DNA of 63,826 nt, filler included, from Syncephalis fuscata S228 (GCA_025786725.1; 4 parts of 4 records of this genome joined end to end with filler, not necessarily neighbours in it), one strand, 5' to 3'; shown: positions 23,591 to 36,094, counted from the whole stretch's first letter. Notes: generated by a model not told the origin, from the letters alone. Translations and numbers: made by a program.

Positions 23591-24403
23591 GCTTGAAATG
23601 CTAGTTTGTTATCACAAAAATGGTATGTTTGATACAACAGAATATAGGTAATGTTTGAAAATACAGAAATGCTAAACAAGAAGGATGCAATAAAGTAAAA
23701 ATTATATTTTTGACTTTTTACCATTCATTTATAGTTTTATGCAATTGATGGTGTTCAATAATGTTCGTTTAGCCATTAAGCAAAGTCATACTGAGGTTGA
23801 CAAACTACGTCATTGTCTATTGTTGTATTTTGTACCTTTGTGCCTTTGTTGCTTTTCAAATAAATATTAAATGTATTTTTTTTATTAAACTAATATTTAT
23901 TGAATACATTTTATTACTTTAGTCTTTATCAATAAATATACATTGTATAATAATTACAAATAACATAGAAATGGTATTAACATACAACTATCTAATCGAA
24001 AGGTTAAGATAGTTTCATCATGCGATATATTGTTGAATATTATACTTGTGCAACCATCATGTTGAATGTAAATCACATGCTTCATCATCCATTTCCAGAC
24101 CTTCTTTGTTCTCGTATGCATACTTGCAAAATACGTGAGTTGTAACATGCAGTACAACCGCATGAACATGGTTTGTTGCCATTCCCAGCAGAATAGTCCT
24201 TGAATACCACATGAACACAAACAACATTTATTAGTGCAGTATTGCATGATATATTCATCTAATCTGTTACTCATTTTATTACTCTGTATTTGCACTCAAC
24301 ACTCGTACTATTTGTAACTTTGTTTATTAGAGCTAGCAGGTCTGCTCTACTCTGTCACAATCAATCCGCATCACCAACTACTTACACTTATTACTCGATT
24401 AAC

Positions 24404-26011
24404 ATGCGTTTCCTAAATCCTTCGCATGAACCTACTTCACTTGTGCTATCCCGCGTACTATTCATAGTCATGGGAGTTATTGGGCTATCTTTAATTATGA
24501 GCCGAGAAATATCTCACTTTGTTGAGCAAAAGAATGTTTACCAAGTGGAATATTATACAGAACCACTTGCCGTACCAATCATACTATTCCGATCATTAGT
24601 AGCGCCTAAATCTATGGCTATATATGATATAATTGTTACTAGTAATTCAGGAGATAAACCGTATGAAATGTTTGAAGTTAAGGAAGCACTTCAGCCCATT
24701 AAATGGAACAGTAATGTAACCGATTCAAGCTATTCAATTCAAGACTGGAAAATACTTAAAAACTCACAAGTATCTCCATCATTAAATAATTCGATACTCT
24801 ATATGGCCATATTAAATCCTAAAATTAACCATACTTTTGTTCCGAAAATTCAAAGTAATTCTAAAAAATCTATAGTAAACGACAATCGCATTACACAGTT
24901 TCATGTGAAAATTGAAATGATATCTTCTTTAAGCGATTCAAGCACTACCAAGCAATCTTCTGATTTTCAAACTGAAATATTTTTCATCGAGAATTCCGAT
25001 TTAATTGATCCAGCAAAGAACGATAAACCATTTAATTTGGATACCGTTAATTTGGAATCTCGTTTTACTGCAAAAAGTGGAACCAGAACTAAGATTGGTT
25101 TTTTTCAAAGTTACATCGAAAAAGATAGTCAGATTGAAAAGATATACGATGTCGGAGTTGATGAACAGTGGGAAACAGATTCAACAGCGGTCGAGTTTAC
25201 CTTTGTTCCTCGCAACAAGCCATCTGCCAATAGAGATAGTTTCATAGTAAGAAAAGAGTTTGCGCGACGCCCCGTTAGTTTATTCCAAATAATTGGTGCT
25301 ATCAGCGGTGCTATATCACTTTTTATTATTATTTTCACTATACTTTTTGGCCAAGGTCGTCTCCGGCCATGGGGGATAATTCAACGGTATTTTATGCGCA
25401 ACAAGATGCTTAATGTTTTACCACAATCCATGATTAGCATCAAATCTTATTACGATCCCAGATTTAAGCATGAATTAGCCACTGATATGAAAGGTTTACA
25501 TATGCCAAATTCAGAACAATATAGCACAGCATTCCGGTCATCAAAGTCTACTGTCAACACATATCGACAAAAGCCACTAAATAATGACATATCACAACGT
25601 ATACCATCTACACTTGCTAATGACGAGCAATCATATTTATCTACTGCTGATACTCGCGGTAGTGAGATTTGTGAACTCAAGGCAATGATAGTGGCACAAA
25701 AAGCGCAGATGGAAACTCAGAAAATGAGCATGGAAGCACAAATGGCAACTCAAATCAAGCAATTGGTAGTAATGTCCAATCGACTTGCAACATTTGAAGA
25801 TGATCCAGGCATAAACAACAGTATTACGATTCCGGATAGCTTTGTTTTAGACAATACATGTTTACCAAATTTATCAATGACTCAACATAGTAAATCACCT
25901 GCTTTTACATCTGAAATTTCGTTGCTTCAAACTCGTATGGCAAGCATGGAGGCTTTCCAGTGTCGATTAAAGACATTTTACTTGTCATCTGATCTGTTTA
26001 AAGATGCTTAG
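24404..26011 (+). CDS. Uncharacterised two-TM membrane protein, copy A (intronless)
   Basis: First ATG gives MRFLNPSHEP. TM1 VLFIVMGVIGLSLIM, a ~270-aa loop, TM2 LFQIIGAISGAISLFIIIFTILFG followed by RLRPWGIIQRYF, then a coiled-coil-like tail. Confidence 0.85.
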   Translation: MRFLNPSHEPTSLVLSRVLFIVMGVIGLSLIMSREISHFVEQKNVYQVEYYTEPLAVPIILFRSLVAPKSMAIYDIIVTSNSGDKPYEMFEVKEALQPIKWNSNVTDSSYSIQDWKILKNSQVSPSLNNSILYMAILNPKINHTFVPKIQSNSKKSIVNDNRITQFHVKIEMISSLSDSSTTKQSSDFQTEIFFIENSDLIDPAKNDKPFNLDTVNLESRFTAKSGTRTKIGFFQSYIEKDSQIEKIYDVGVDEQWETDSTAVEFTFVPRNKPSANRDSFIVRKEFARRPVSLFQIIGAISGAISLFIIIFTILFGQGRLRPWGIIQRYFMRNKMLNVLPQSMISIKSYYDPRFKHELATDMKGLHMPNSEQYSTAFRSSKSTVNTYRQKPLNNDISQRIPSTLANDEQSYLSTADTRGSEICELKAMIVAQKAQMETQKMSMEAQMATQIKQLVVMSNRLATFEDDPGINNSITIPDSFVLDNTCLPNLSMTQHSKSPAFTSEISLLQTRMASMEAFQCRLKTFYLSSDLFKDA

Positions 26012-26480
26012 TTTAATTACTATCTATAATAAATTATATAATAATATTATTTAACATTAAAATGATTACTGAGTAATAATAGTAGTAAATGTTGAAAGTA
26101 TTATATTAAACTATTACTATGCAGAGACATAGAAGATACGGTATATGAGAAACAAATCAAAAAAGGTTATTACAACAAAATAATACGGATAATTATATTA
26201 GTTAAATGAACATTTATGCTTTGAATAATTAAATGTATTTTATTACGATGTTTTGACTTGAATATTGTAATTACATTTATTCTAGCTTACAAATACATTT
26301 TTAGTATAAACATTTAGTCAAGTCAGAGTAGCATCAAGTTGAGTGCATTATTCACATTGGATCAGGTCTCTAGTAATGATTCTATTAGAAAATAATATAA
26401 TGGATAGTGCTATTTGATATTTAATAAATAAAGTATACCAATTCAAGTTTGTATATATTATATACAATATTTTATTATGA

Positions 26481-27068
26481 TCAACATTCTCCTTTGACTG
26501 CCCGACCATAATCATCGTCTCTTGGGCTAAGCATTCGGTCAATCAAAAATGCTATATTGCTATTGTTCGGATTGATAATCGTATTAATAATTCTTGCACA
26601 GTTTACATACATAGATCCATTCTTTGGACGAATGTAAAGCTTCCAGCCTGCATAGCTTTCGACAGCACTATGGGTGCCTCGCTCCAAAGACATGGGAAAG
26701 CCATCACGAGAGGTCATATAATATTTTGCATGTAGCTCGTCCAAAGTGCCGCTAAAAGTATTGTATGCTGGTACAAATGCAATACTATTTCTGGCATACA
26801 TAGTACTTTGATCACTGGCTTTGGATAAAAATAATTTATAAATTACGCTATAAAACAGTGTACCACCAACAGAACTAGTTGATGCTATAGCGTTTCCTAA
26901 CGAATGTGAATCCTTTGTCCAGTTTGTTTCATGTAAAGGATCTATACTAAAAACTGGGTTTTTTTTAGAGGGAGTTTGATCAGTGCGTTTTTCAAATGTA
27001 GGTTTAGTTGGTGCAGCTGCTACCACCGAAAATAAAACAAGTGCAAAAAATATAACGTGAAATAACAT
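26481..27068 (-). CDS. Secreted fasciclin (FAS1)-like protein, copy B
   Basis: Signal peptide MLFHVIFFALVLFSVVAA and a KR site. NSIAFVPAYNTF resembles the FAS1 H1 motif and VNCARII...NIAFLIDRML resembles H2. Confidence 0.75.
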   Translation of the reverse strand: MLFHVIFFALVLFSVVAAAPTKPTFEKRTDQTPSKKNPVFSIDPLHETNWTKDSHSLGNAIASTSSVGGTLFYSVIYKLFLSKASDQSTMYARNSIAFVPAYNTFSGTLDELHAKYYMTSRDGFPMSLERGTHSAVESYAGWKLYIRPKNGSMYVNCARIINTIINPNNSNIAFLIDRMLSPRDDDYGRAVKGEC

Positions 27069-27859
27069 GCTTGAAATGATGGAGTGCTATCACAATAAAT
27101 GGTATGCTTGATATAAACAAAATGCAGATAATGCTTGAAAATACAAAAATGCTAAACAAGAAGGATGCAATGAAATGAATGCGAAGTGAAGAGTACACTA
27201 CCAACTCTGTACCATTCGTTCGTAGCTTTATACAAAGGATGGTATTCAATAATAACTGCCCAACTATTGGTCAAAGTCCATATTGAGATTGGCAAATACG
27301 TCATTGCCTATTTATTGTGCCTTTGCACTTTTAATTGTTTTCATTTCAATAAATATTAAATAAAGCTTGTTATTTTAGTTTATATCAATAAATATACATT
27401 GTATAATAATTACAAATAACATAGAAATGGTATTAACATACAACTATCTAATCGAAAGGTTAAGATAGTTTCATCATGCGATATATTGTTGAATATTATA
27501 CTTGTGCAACCATCATGTTGAATGTAAATCACATGCTTCATCATCCATTTCCAGACCTTCTTTGTTCTCGTATGCATACTTGCAAAATACGTGAGTTGTA
27601 ACATGCAGTACAACCGCATGAACATGGTTTGTTGCCATTCCCAGCAGAATAGTCCTTGAATACCACATGAACACAAACAACATTTATTAGTGCAGTATTG
27701 CATGATATATTCATCTAATCTGTTACTCATTTTATTACTCTGTATTTGCACTCAACACTCGTACTATTTGTAACTTTGTTTATTAGAGCTAGCAGGTCTG
27801 CTCTACTCTGTCACAATCAATCCGCATCACCAACTACTTACACTTATTACTCAATTAAC

Positions 27860-29479
27860 ATGCGTTTCCTAAATCCTTCGCATGAACCCACTTCACTTGT
27901 GCTATCCCGCGTACTATTCATAGTCATGGGAGTTATTGGACTATCTTTAATTATGAGCCGAGAAATATCTCACTTTGTTGAGCAAAAGAATGTTTACCAA
28001 GTAGAATATTATACCGAACCACTTGCCATTCCAGCCATACTATTTCGATCAATAGTAGCACCTAGTTCTATGGCTATATATGATATAGCTTTTACTAGTA
28101 ATTCAGGATACAAATCATACAGCGTGCGTAACATTGAAGAAATACTTAAACCTATCGAATGGAACAGCAATATAACTGATTCAAGCTACCCAATCCAAGA
28201 TTGGAGGTTTTTTAATAGCAGACAAGTATCTCCATCATTAAATAATTCAATACTTTATATGGCCATGATAGATCCTAAGGTTAATTATATCTTTGTTCCA
28301 AAAACTCAAAATAATCCTGAGAGGGTTAGAATGAATGGCAATAATATTACTGAATTACATATGAGGTTTGAAATACAAATCCCTTTAATTAATTCGGTCA
28401 CTACCAAGCAACCTTCTAATTTTCAAACCGAAATATTTGTTATTGACAATCCTGATCTACTTAATCCAGCAAAGCATGACAAACCATTCGATCTGGCTAC
28501 AGTTGATTTCAAAGGTCATTTTACTGCAAAAAGTGGAATCGGAACTAAGATTGGTTTTATTCAAAGCTATATGGAAAAAGATGGTCAGATCGAAAAGATA
28601 TACGACGTTGGAGTTGATGAACAATGGGGAACAGATTCAACAGCAATTGAGTTTACCTTTGTTCCTCGCAACAAGCCATCTGTCAATAGAGATAGTTTCA
28701 TAGTAAGAAAAGAAATTGCACGATATTCTGTTAGTTTATTTCAAGCAATTGGTGCGGTTGGCGGTGCTATATCGCTTTTTATTACTTTGTTCACTATTCT
28801 TTTTGGCCAACGTCGCCTTCGACCTTGGGGAATTATTCAACGGTACTTTGTACGTAACAGGATGCTTAGTCTTTTGCCAAAATCTATGGTCAGCATCAAA
28901 TCTGACTACCAGCCTAAATTTAATCACGACTCGGTTACCGATATGACATTCTTAAATATGCCAAATCCAGAACAACGCGGTACAGCATCCTGGGTGCCAA
29001 AGCCAACCAGTAATTTAAATCAACAACAACCATCAAATAATGACACATCCCAGTCTATGTCATCTATATTAATTAACAGTAAACAACAAATTTTACCTAA
29101 TATTAATCCTCGTGCTGATGAAATACGTGAGCTTAAAGCAATGATGATAACACAGAAGGCGCAAATGGAGGCGCAAATAAAGGCGCAAATGAAAGCACAA
29201 ATGGAGGCGCAAATGAAGCAATTTACAATAATGTCAAACCGGCTTGCAACACTTGAAAATGATCCAGGAACAAACAACAATACTATGATTCTAGATAAGC
29301 TAGCTCCAGATAGCACATGTCTACCTAATACTTCAATGGCTCAACATAACAACTCATTTGTATCTTCACGCAGTGCAGCATCAGTTGAAACTCGCTTATC
29401 AAACCTTGAATCTTTTCAGTATCGATTGGGAACATTTTATCTGTCATCCGACTTGTTCAAAGACACTTCATTTAATTAA
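27860..29479 (+). CDS. Uncharacterised two-TM membrane protein, copy B (intronless)
   Basis: Paralog of 24404-26011 with the same N-terminus and RLRPWGIIQRYF motif, plus short (K/E)AQ(M/I) repeats. Confidence 0.85.
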   Translation: MRFLNPSHEPTSLVLSRVLFIVMGVIGLSLIMSREISHFVEQKNVYQVEYYTEPLAIPAILFRSIVAPSSMAIYDIAFTSNSGYKSYSVRNIEEILKPIEWNSNITDSSYPIQDWRFFNSRQVSPSLNNSILYMAMIDPKVNYIFVPKTQNNPERVRMNGNNITELHMRFEIQIPLINSVTTKQPSNFQTEIFVIDNPDLLNPAKHDKPFDLATVDFKGHFTAKSGIGTKIGFIQSYMEKDGQIEKIYDVGVDEQWGTDSTAIEFTFVPRNKPSVNRDSFIVRKEIARYSVSLFQAIGAVGGAISLFITLFTILFGQRRLRPWGIIQRYFVRNRMLSLLPKSMVSIKSDYQPKFNHDSVTDMTFLNMPNPEQRGTASWVPKPTSNLNQQQPSNNDTSQSMSSILINSKQQILPNINPRADEIRELKAMMITQKAQMEAQIKAQMKAQMEAQMKQFTIMSNRLATLENDPGTNNNTMILDKLAPDSTCLPNTSMAQHNNSFVSSRSAASVETRLSNLESFQYRLGTFYLSSDLFKDTSFN

Positions 29480-30152
29480 TATTTACAATAAATTATTCAA
29501 TTATATGTATCGTAATAACTGTGTATTGAAAATTTTAAAACATAACATTATAAATGATAAAATTAGTACAAGATACTGTAACAATGGATTGGTTGTAATA
29601 AATTTAATTGATTTAAGTAAATTAAACTAAAAATCAGGCAAGTATATAAACAAAGTAATAATATAAATATAAAGAAGTTGATTATAATGATTGTTTATAA
29701 GAATAATCTATATAAACACCATTCTATAATATATACAAAGTATGGTGAGTATGATAAAATTATAATAGAGATCATAGCATATGGTCAAAATACTTTATTT
29801 TATATAAGCAAAAACAAGGCTCACAATTTAAAAAGAGAAAAATGTTTATAGTTTTAGCTTACATTTAAGCATTTAGAATAATAAAAAAGTAGCATTAAAA
29901 ATAATTATACACATTGTATATCCTATTGTGTTTCCAGTGACGACCATTTTACAATGTAGCAAAAATGGTTGGAATAGAAATCGAGGCATGCCCAGGTGTT
30001 ATCAATAACACTTCAATGTATCTAAAGGGGTTTACAAAGTCTATATTGCATGACAATTGACTGGGCGTATGTGTTAATAAAATAGCAGCAGAGACAATAA
30101 CCATGACAGCCAATTAATATCTTTTTTCTTCGCGAACAAACTATCTAGCAGT

Positions 30153-31580
30153 ATGACCATTCAAAGTAAAGAACACGGTATTGAAGAGCCGATCTGCCAA
30201 TTCAGGCCACCTGAAGGACTTGAATTAAAGTCGGCCTATGTCACGCCGCTGGATATGATTATGCCGATGACGTATAATCGTCATATTTACTTTTATCGTA
30301 ATCCAGATCCGACAACCGAGTTTATGCCTACAGAACAACTGGCTGCTGGTCTCGAAAAAGCACTGACCTATTATCCAGTGCTCTATGCCGGTATTACAAC
30401 ACTGCCTGACCTTCAGCGTGTATTTGAGCCTAGCGGAGCACCGATACCATTGTACGAGCAACAAGTTGACTATGGCTTTGAGAAATTTGAGCCACATTGG
30501 CGCCATAAAGATATACCGACTGAACTTGATGTACTATCTGTGCGAGCAGATATTGCCAACGCACCAATGTTAGCCGCTCGTATTACACGACTACGCAATA
30601 ATGAAGGCGTTGTTGTGACTATCGCTGTGCATCATGTCGTCGCGGACGGGTTCGGCGTGGAAATCTTCATGGAAACCTGGACGGCTTGTGTACGCGGTGA
30701 AGAGCCGTCACCGTTACCGTGCCACGAACGATCACTTATATCGCCGACGGGCCCACCATCCGAAGAGCATCCCGAATACTATTGGGTCAAACCAGAGTAC
30801 GCTTCGTTTGAATATGCATTTACACCGTCTGAAGCGGCAGCTAATGCAGCTGGGGAAACTCCACCACCGCCAATGAAAACGGCAATCTTTCGTGTATCGG
30901 CAGAGCATCTTGCCCAGCTTAAACGAGAGGCGTCACTTATGCCAGCCCCTGACGCTGACCTCGAGGATGTCTCGGACGTTGCATGGATATCAAGCGGCGA
31001 TGCACTTACTGCACTTATTTGGCAGGCTACAACCCGCGCTGGCCATACATCGGGCCAGTTGCAGTCTAGCTTCCATATCGCGGCCAATTCACGCGCTCGT
31101 TTTGAGCCTCCATTGCCGTACAACTATTTTGGCAACGCATCATTTCGCATCAATCCCGTTGCCATGACTGAAAAGCTAAAGCAAATGCCTCTTGGCTATT
31201 TGGCTCGGCTTATTCGCAAACGAAACAACGAAATGGACGGCAATCGTTTACAATCGGCGGTTAATTGGCTCGCAGCACTTCCTGAGCACCAACGTCTACG
31301 CAGTCCAATTCAAGTCATGTTTGGCATTGATTTTGCACTGGCCAATCTTGCTTTCCCGCAGATGTATGACGTGGATTTCGGTTATGGACGACCAGTACGT
31401 CGTCGCTTGCCTTATGACAATTGGAATGGCGGCGCTGTCATCTTTAGTCTGCCACCAAGCACAGCTGATGGCCCAGCCGGACAAGAAGGTGTTGAGTTTT
31501 ACCTCGGTATGCTAGCCGAGAATTTTAATCAACTATTAGCCGATGAGGAATTTATTCGATTTGCCGAATATATTGGCTAA
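30153..31580 (+). CDS. BAHD/Tri101-type CoA-dependent acyltransferase (Transferase family)
   Basis: HxxxD motif HHVVADG, YFGNA, and DFGYG (the DFGWG motif). Intronless, 475 aa. Confidence 0.92.
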   Translation: MTIQSKEHGIEEPICQFRPPEGLELKSAYVTPLDMIMPMTYNRHIYFYRNPDPTTEFMPTEQLAAGLEKALTYYPVLYAGITTLPDLQRVFEPSGAPIPLYEQQVDYGFEKFEPHWRHKDIPTELDVLSVRADIANAPMLAARITRLRNNEGVVVTIAVHHVVADGFGVEIFMETWTACVRGEEPSPLPCHERSLISPTGPPSEEHPEYYWVKPEYASFEYAFTPSEAAANAAGETPPPPMKTAIFRVSAEHLAQLKREASLMPAPDADLEDVSDVAWISSGDALTALIWQATTRAGHTSGQLQSSFHIAANSRARFEPPLPYNYFGNASFRINPVAMTEKLKQMPLGYLARLIRKRNNEMDGNRLQSAVNWLAALPEHQRLRSPIQVMFGIDFALANLAFPQMYDVDFGYGRPVRRRLPYDNWNGGAVIFSLPPSTADGPAGQEGVEFYLGMLAENFNQLLADEEFIRFAEYIG

Positions 31581-31936
31581 AGCAGCACCAATTACTATTG
31601 TATTATTTTCCTTATATAAATAAAGCTGTAAAGCATCGTTTCAGCTTTATAATAATGGTTGTATTTTAAAGATTATTTTGTAACACTATAGTTTTGTATA
31701 CAACTTTACTGCATAATAAGTACCAAGCCTTTACAAACATTAAGTAATAATTATCTAATGTAATTTAATGGTCAAATGGCTATATTAAATAATATTCATA
31801 CATTTAAACTACACATTTGTTCTAGTGAACATGGAACTGGGCGGTGAGTAACACGAAAGATTAAATTACTCATTGTAATACTCATATCAGCATTAATAAA
31901 GTCTTCAGTCTTTATTCAACTAGTTAATAACTAATT

Positions 31937-32134
31937 TTATTCAGATTCCTTGCCAGAGGTATGCGTGAGTGCACCAATTACAACAGCAGTGTTAGCAACA
32001 ACATTCGTCGGAACATGGACTGGTACTTGAACAAAATTGCCTTGAGGAATTGGTGTTGGTCTGGCAGTAACTATAGCCATATGGACAACCAATATACTGG
32101 CAAAAGCACAAATAAAAGTAATAGAGCTTTTCAT
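31937..32134 (-). CDS. Small secreted chaplin (DUF320)-like protein, 65 aa
   Basis: MKSSITFICAFASILVVHMAIVTA signal peptide followed by QGNFVQVPVHVPTNVVANTAVVIGAL, which resembles the chaplin core SGNVVQVPVHVPVNVCGNTVNVIGLL. Confidence 0.75.
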   Translation of the reverse strand: MKSSITFICAFASILVVHMAIVTARPTPIPQGNFVQVPVHVPTNVVANTAVVIGALTHTSGKESE

Positions 32135-32342
32135 ATTGATAGTAGTATAGTTGAACCGGAAACTGAAGCGTTTACTGTATATAACGAATAGTGTTTGACA
32201 GAACAAAGGTTATTTCGTAACAAATATATAGAAAGAGCGTCAGTACTCATTATAATCCAATCGAACATCAATAAATCTTCTAATCAGCCATCTAAATAAC
32301 ATTTTTCTTTTAACTTTATTAATCTTTTATATAGTCACTACA

Positions 32343-33627
32343 ATGAACACCGGCCACTTTGTTTCGCCTTCTGTAAGAAGTTTTGCGTGGCATTTAGCTT
32401 CACGGGCCACATTCCTTTCAGTGGGTCTGACCAGCAAAGCATTTCTTTCATTAGGCGTATATAGCCAACTATATGGTATGGATAGATTGCTACAACTACT
32501 TCATGATCCCCAGCGTAAACAGCCTATTATTACAGGCAAGTAAATGACGCGTCCATATCTATTCTATTTACTTATATCGATGTCTATGTAATAACTTTTG
32601 AATTAGTCGCCAATCATGCATCGACGTAGGTAGACCATGACTGCCGCCCATACGACGACAATAGTTCTATCGACACGCGACTGACCGCCTAACACAACGA
32701 CAATGACTACTATTACACTATATTCTCTTTCTTCTTTCTTTCTTTTATTCTAAACTTGTAGACTCGATGACCCGTTACTCTGGGGATTCTTGCCGGCGCG
32801 TACACTTGCTCAACCAAGATCTATTCGATGGTCACTAGGTGCCAAGGAGGTTTGTCACAAGAACAAGTAGGTCAATATACCAATCAATTTCTTGTCTATA
32901 ATAACAACTTCTCTAGAATACTTGATCGGTTCTTTGAAGTTGGAAAAACATTACCAATTGTTCGTGGTGATGGTATTTATCAACCAGCTATGAATTTTGC
33001 ACTGGATCGATTAAATAATAATGAATGGGCAAGTATTACTGTGTATTAACTAGAATAATGAAGATGTTTATTGAAATAATTTAAATCTTACATTATTATT
33101 ACTATCAATATTTTCTATACTATTTCTATTGTAATACCATAATATAGGTCCATATATTTCCAGAAGCACGGGTCAATCAGTTATCTGAAATGGTACGCTT
33201 TAAATGGGGTGTAGCTCGACTTATTATGGAGTGTAAAACTTTACCAATTGTACTGCCATTGTGGCATCAAGGTAATATCAATAAAAGCACTATTACATTT
33301 AGTCTAATCTACAATCTACAATCTACATATATATATATAGGTATGGCAAATATTATGCCATTAAATTCAAATTTTCCTTTACCACGTCTAGGTAAACGTC
33401 TTGTATTAGCCATTGGTGATCCAATCCAACTTGATGATTTATATGTAGCCAGTCGACCACTTGTTACTCGACAATATAATTCAATGCCGAACATGGCAAA
33501 CAAGACAGGATCTATCTATAATATTTATAACGATGAACCAAAAGCCGTAGTTGATATGCGTATACGTATTATTGATCGGCTATATAGTGCACTTGCATCA
33601 CTTCAGCAACAATATAAAATATACTAA
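32343..33627 (+). CDS. TAZ1: Tafazzin (cardiolipin transacylase)
   Basis: Spliced motifs ITVANHASTLDDPLLWG, RWSLGAKEVC, RGDGIYQPAM, WVHIFPEARV, RFKWGVARLI. Confidence 0.93.
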
Positions 33628-34348
33628 TTACTTATTTACAATGTACATGTGTCATAATTAAAATTATAACTATTTGTAAAGGCAACTACAATCACATATT
33701 TATATCGACCATTAAAATGTCTATGATAACAGGCGATAAAGGAGAAGACGATGAACAACAGTAATAATATAAATTGATATTTATCCATAGACCAGTTTGA
33801 ATAGATCCAAAAATAGATATGAACAATCCAGTAGAAAGATAAATAAATCCAATTATCCAGTGTTGTCGTTGTATTAGGATTAGCAGTAACAATAACAGTA
33901 GTGGTGGTGGTGGTGGAGTGGTAATGGTGGAGGTGGTAGTATTAAAGATCCAAATACTACAATAGTAAATGGTAGAACGGATGGAAAATACTTATTATTT
34001 CTTGCCGAAAATCTTCTTTGTAGACCTGTACAGTTGTGGATAGACGCATGTGAATATGCGTGCAAGTTCAGAAATGTATATTTGTATTCATTATAGGAAC
34101 CGCTTTGCACCTCGAACCCTGTATAATACAGAAGACAGAGAGAAAACAGAGCATAGACCGCGGTTCCATAACAAACAAGTGTGAACACCATAGTATAATC
34201 AAAAGTATAGATGCCATTACTGGATCTATTGCACAATCCTCCCTTTCCTACTCTACTCTATTCCTTTTACTTTTACTTGTATATTATTACTATTTCTCTC
34301 CTCTCACTACCCTTTACTCTATCATGTCTATTTCTTTTTATAATTCAC

Positions 34349-36094
34349 TTACCCGTAGAGAAGATTACGCTGACCAAGTAGCGCATCCAGTTCGCGTTCT
34401 TCCTCGTTCATCATACGTTTCTGTTCCTCGAGTTCGGCCATAAGCTGTGTACGGCGTGAAATCAATTGCTCCTCACGTTCCCGTAGTGTAGCTTCCTTCT
34501 CACGAACCTTTTGTACAAAGGCACTTCGCATATCTTCTTCTTTACGGAACATTTCATCAACCATGCTTTGCTTAGTAGCCTCAATACGTGTCTCATACGC
34601 ATCATCACAGGCTAGAATCGACTCACGTCGTCCACCGGCCCGCAATTGACCTGCACGGTAATTGGCATAATGATGCGTGTGTGTCGTCTCGATAAGATCG
34701 GCAAGACACGTATCCATAAGCATACGACGCAAATGAATAAAATCACAATGATTTTCATCATCCACTGATAAAATAGTCTATTAGCTATAGTGTTTGTTAT
34801 ATTCCCGATTACTTACCGGCTACTGTGCCCCAACGATAAACACGACCACGCGTCTTTCGACCATTAACCTCGACAAGGCGGTCACTGCCAATAACCGAGA
34901 ATGGAATATATTGCTACAGATAATGAGTAACCGTAGTATTATTAATAAATAGATTTATACTTACTTCAAGGTCTTGGATATGCTCCTTTTCATCAGTAAA
35001 GGCTGTTGGATACATAGGAATACTATGGCGTTCAATGTCACTTAAAATCTAATAATGCCATCGATATTAGTACTGTTAATACAATTGCAACCATTACTAT
35101 TTACCGAACGTTTAAAGAAGGCACGTTCCGTTGGCGTCAGTGTATCAGCCTTAGCAATGACTGGAATGACATTAACCTTCTTTGACAAAGTCTTTAATAC
35201 TTCAATATCTAATTCCTTTAATCTGTATTGCGTCAATTAGCGTATATTTAGTAGATACTCCTTTTTAACCTACTTGTGGCCCGTAGGCGTGACAAAGTAA
35301 AGTAGAGCATGGACACGTGTATCCGGAATGGCCATACGAAAGTTTGGACTGCGTTCTGCTTTAAGATAAGCATCAAATTGCTCATCAATATACTCTACAA
35401 TTGGGAATAGACTAGGAAATAGTGATGAGTTACACTAGTGTAATAAATTGAATACGATCTAGTTACTTTGATTCACGATTCAACTGGTCACCAAAGCCGG
35501 GCGTATCAATGACCGTAAGATTAAGCGTAACACCGCTTTCACTGAGTTCTATTTATTGTGTATAAGTAATCTATGCATTTGACAGTGCATACAATGCCTT
35601 ACCATAGTATTTTGGATCTATTTGAACGGTTTTTGTATCTTGCGGAGTTTTTGGCAATATTTCTTCGGTAAGATCGGTGTTGAATAGCGTGTTCATAAAT
35701 GTCGTCTTGCCTAGACCCGTATCGCCTATAGCATAGTAGGAGATTATTATATGCATGTTGGATGTTAGCAATCCGCCGTCGGACTATTAATAATAAATTG
35801 CCACTTACCGACTACCATAATATTAAAGACAAATGGACGTCTACGTGTACGTTCATATGTTTGTTTTGGCAATGCTTCAATACCAATCTCGTCGGTCAAT
35901 ACTACATCCATAGATTTTGGTACCTTCCATGGTCCAGGATCTGGAAAGCGGCCACTGCATACAGCATTAATATAAGTGCGACTATGTGCTGAAGTAGCTT
36001 ACCGATTTTGAAGGGCATATTCCTAGTATATGCACCATTAATAGATTAGCTTGTGATAGAGCCATATTGACTATATGCTACTTACAAGAGGCAT
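34349..36094 (-). CDS. Septin (multi-exon)
   Basis: P-loop [49 protein letters not shown] and a C-terminal coiled coil. Confidence 0.95.

Noticed and set aside
23954-24295. Identical 113-aa ORFs at 23954-24295 and 27410-27751
   Set aside because: The identity is explained by the near-identical duplicated intergenic block, and there are no protein-like features.
33692-34443. Short ORFs between TAZ1 and the septin gene
   Set aside because: Low-complexity sequence consistent with convergent 3' UTRs, with no recognisable domain.
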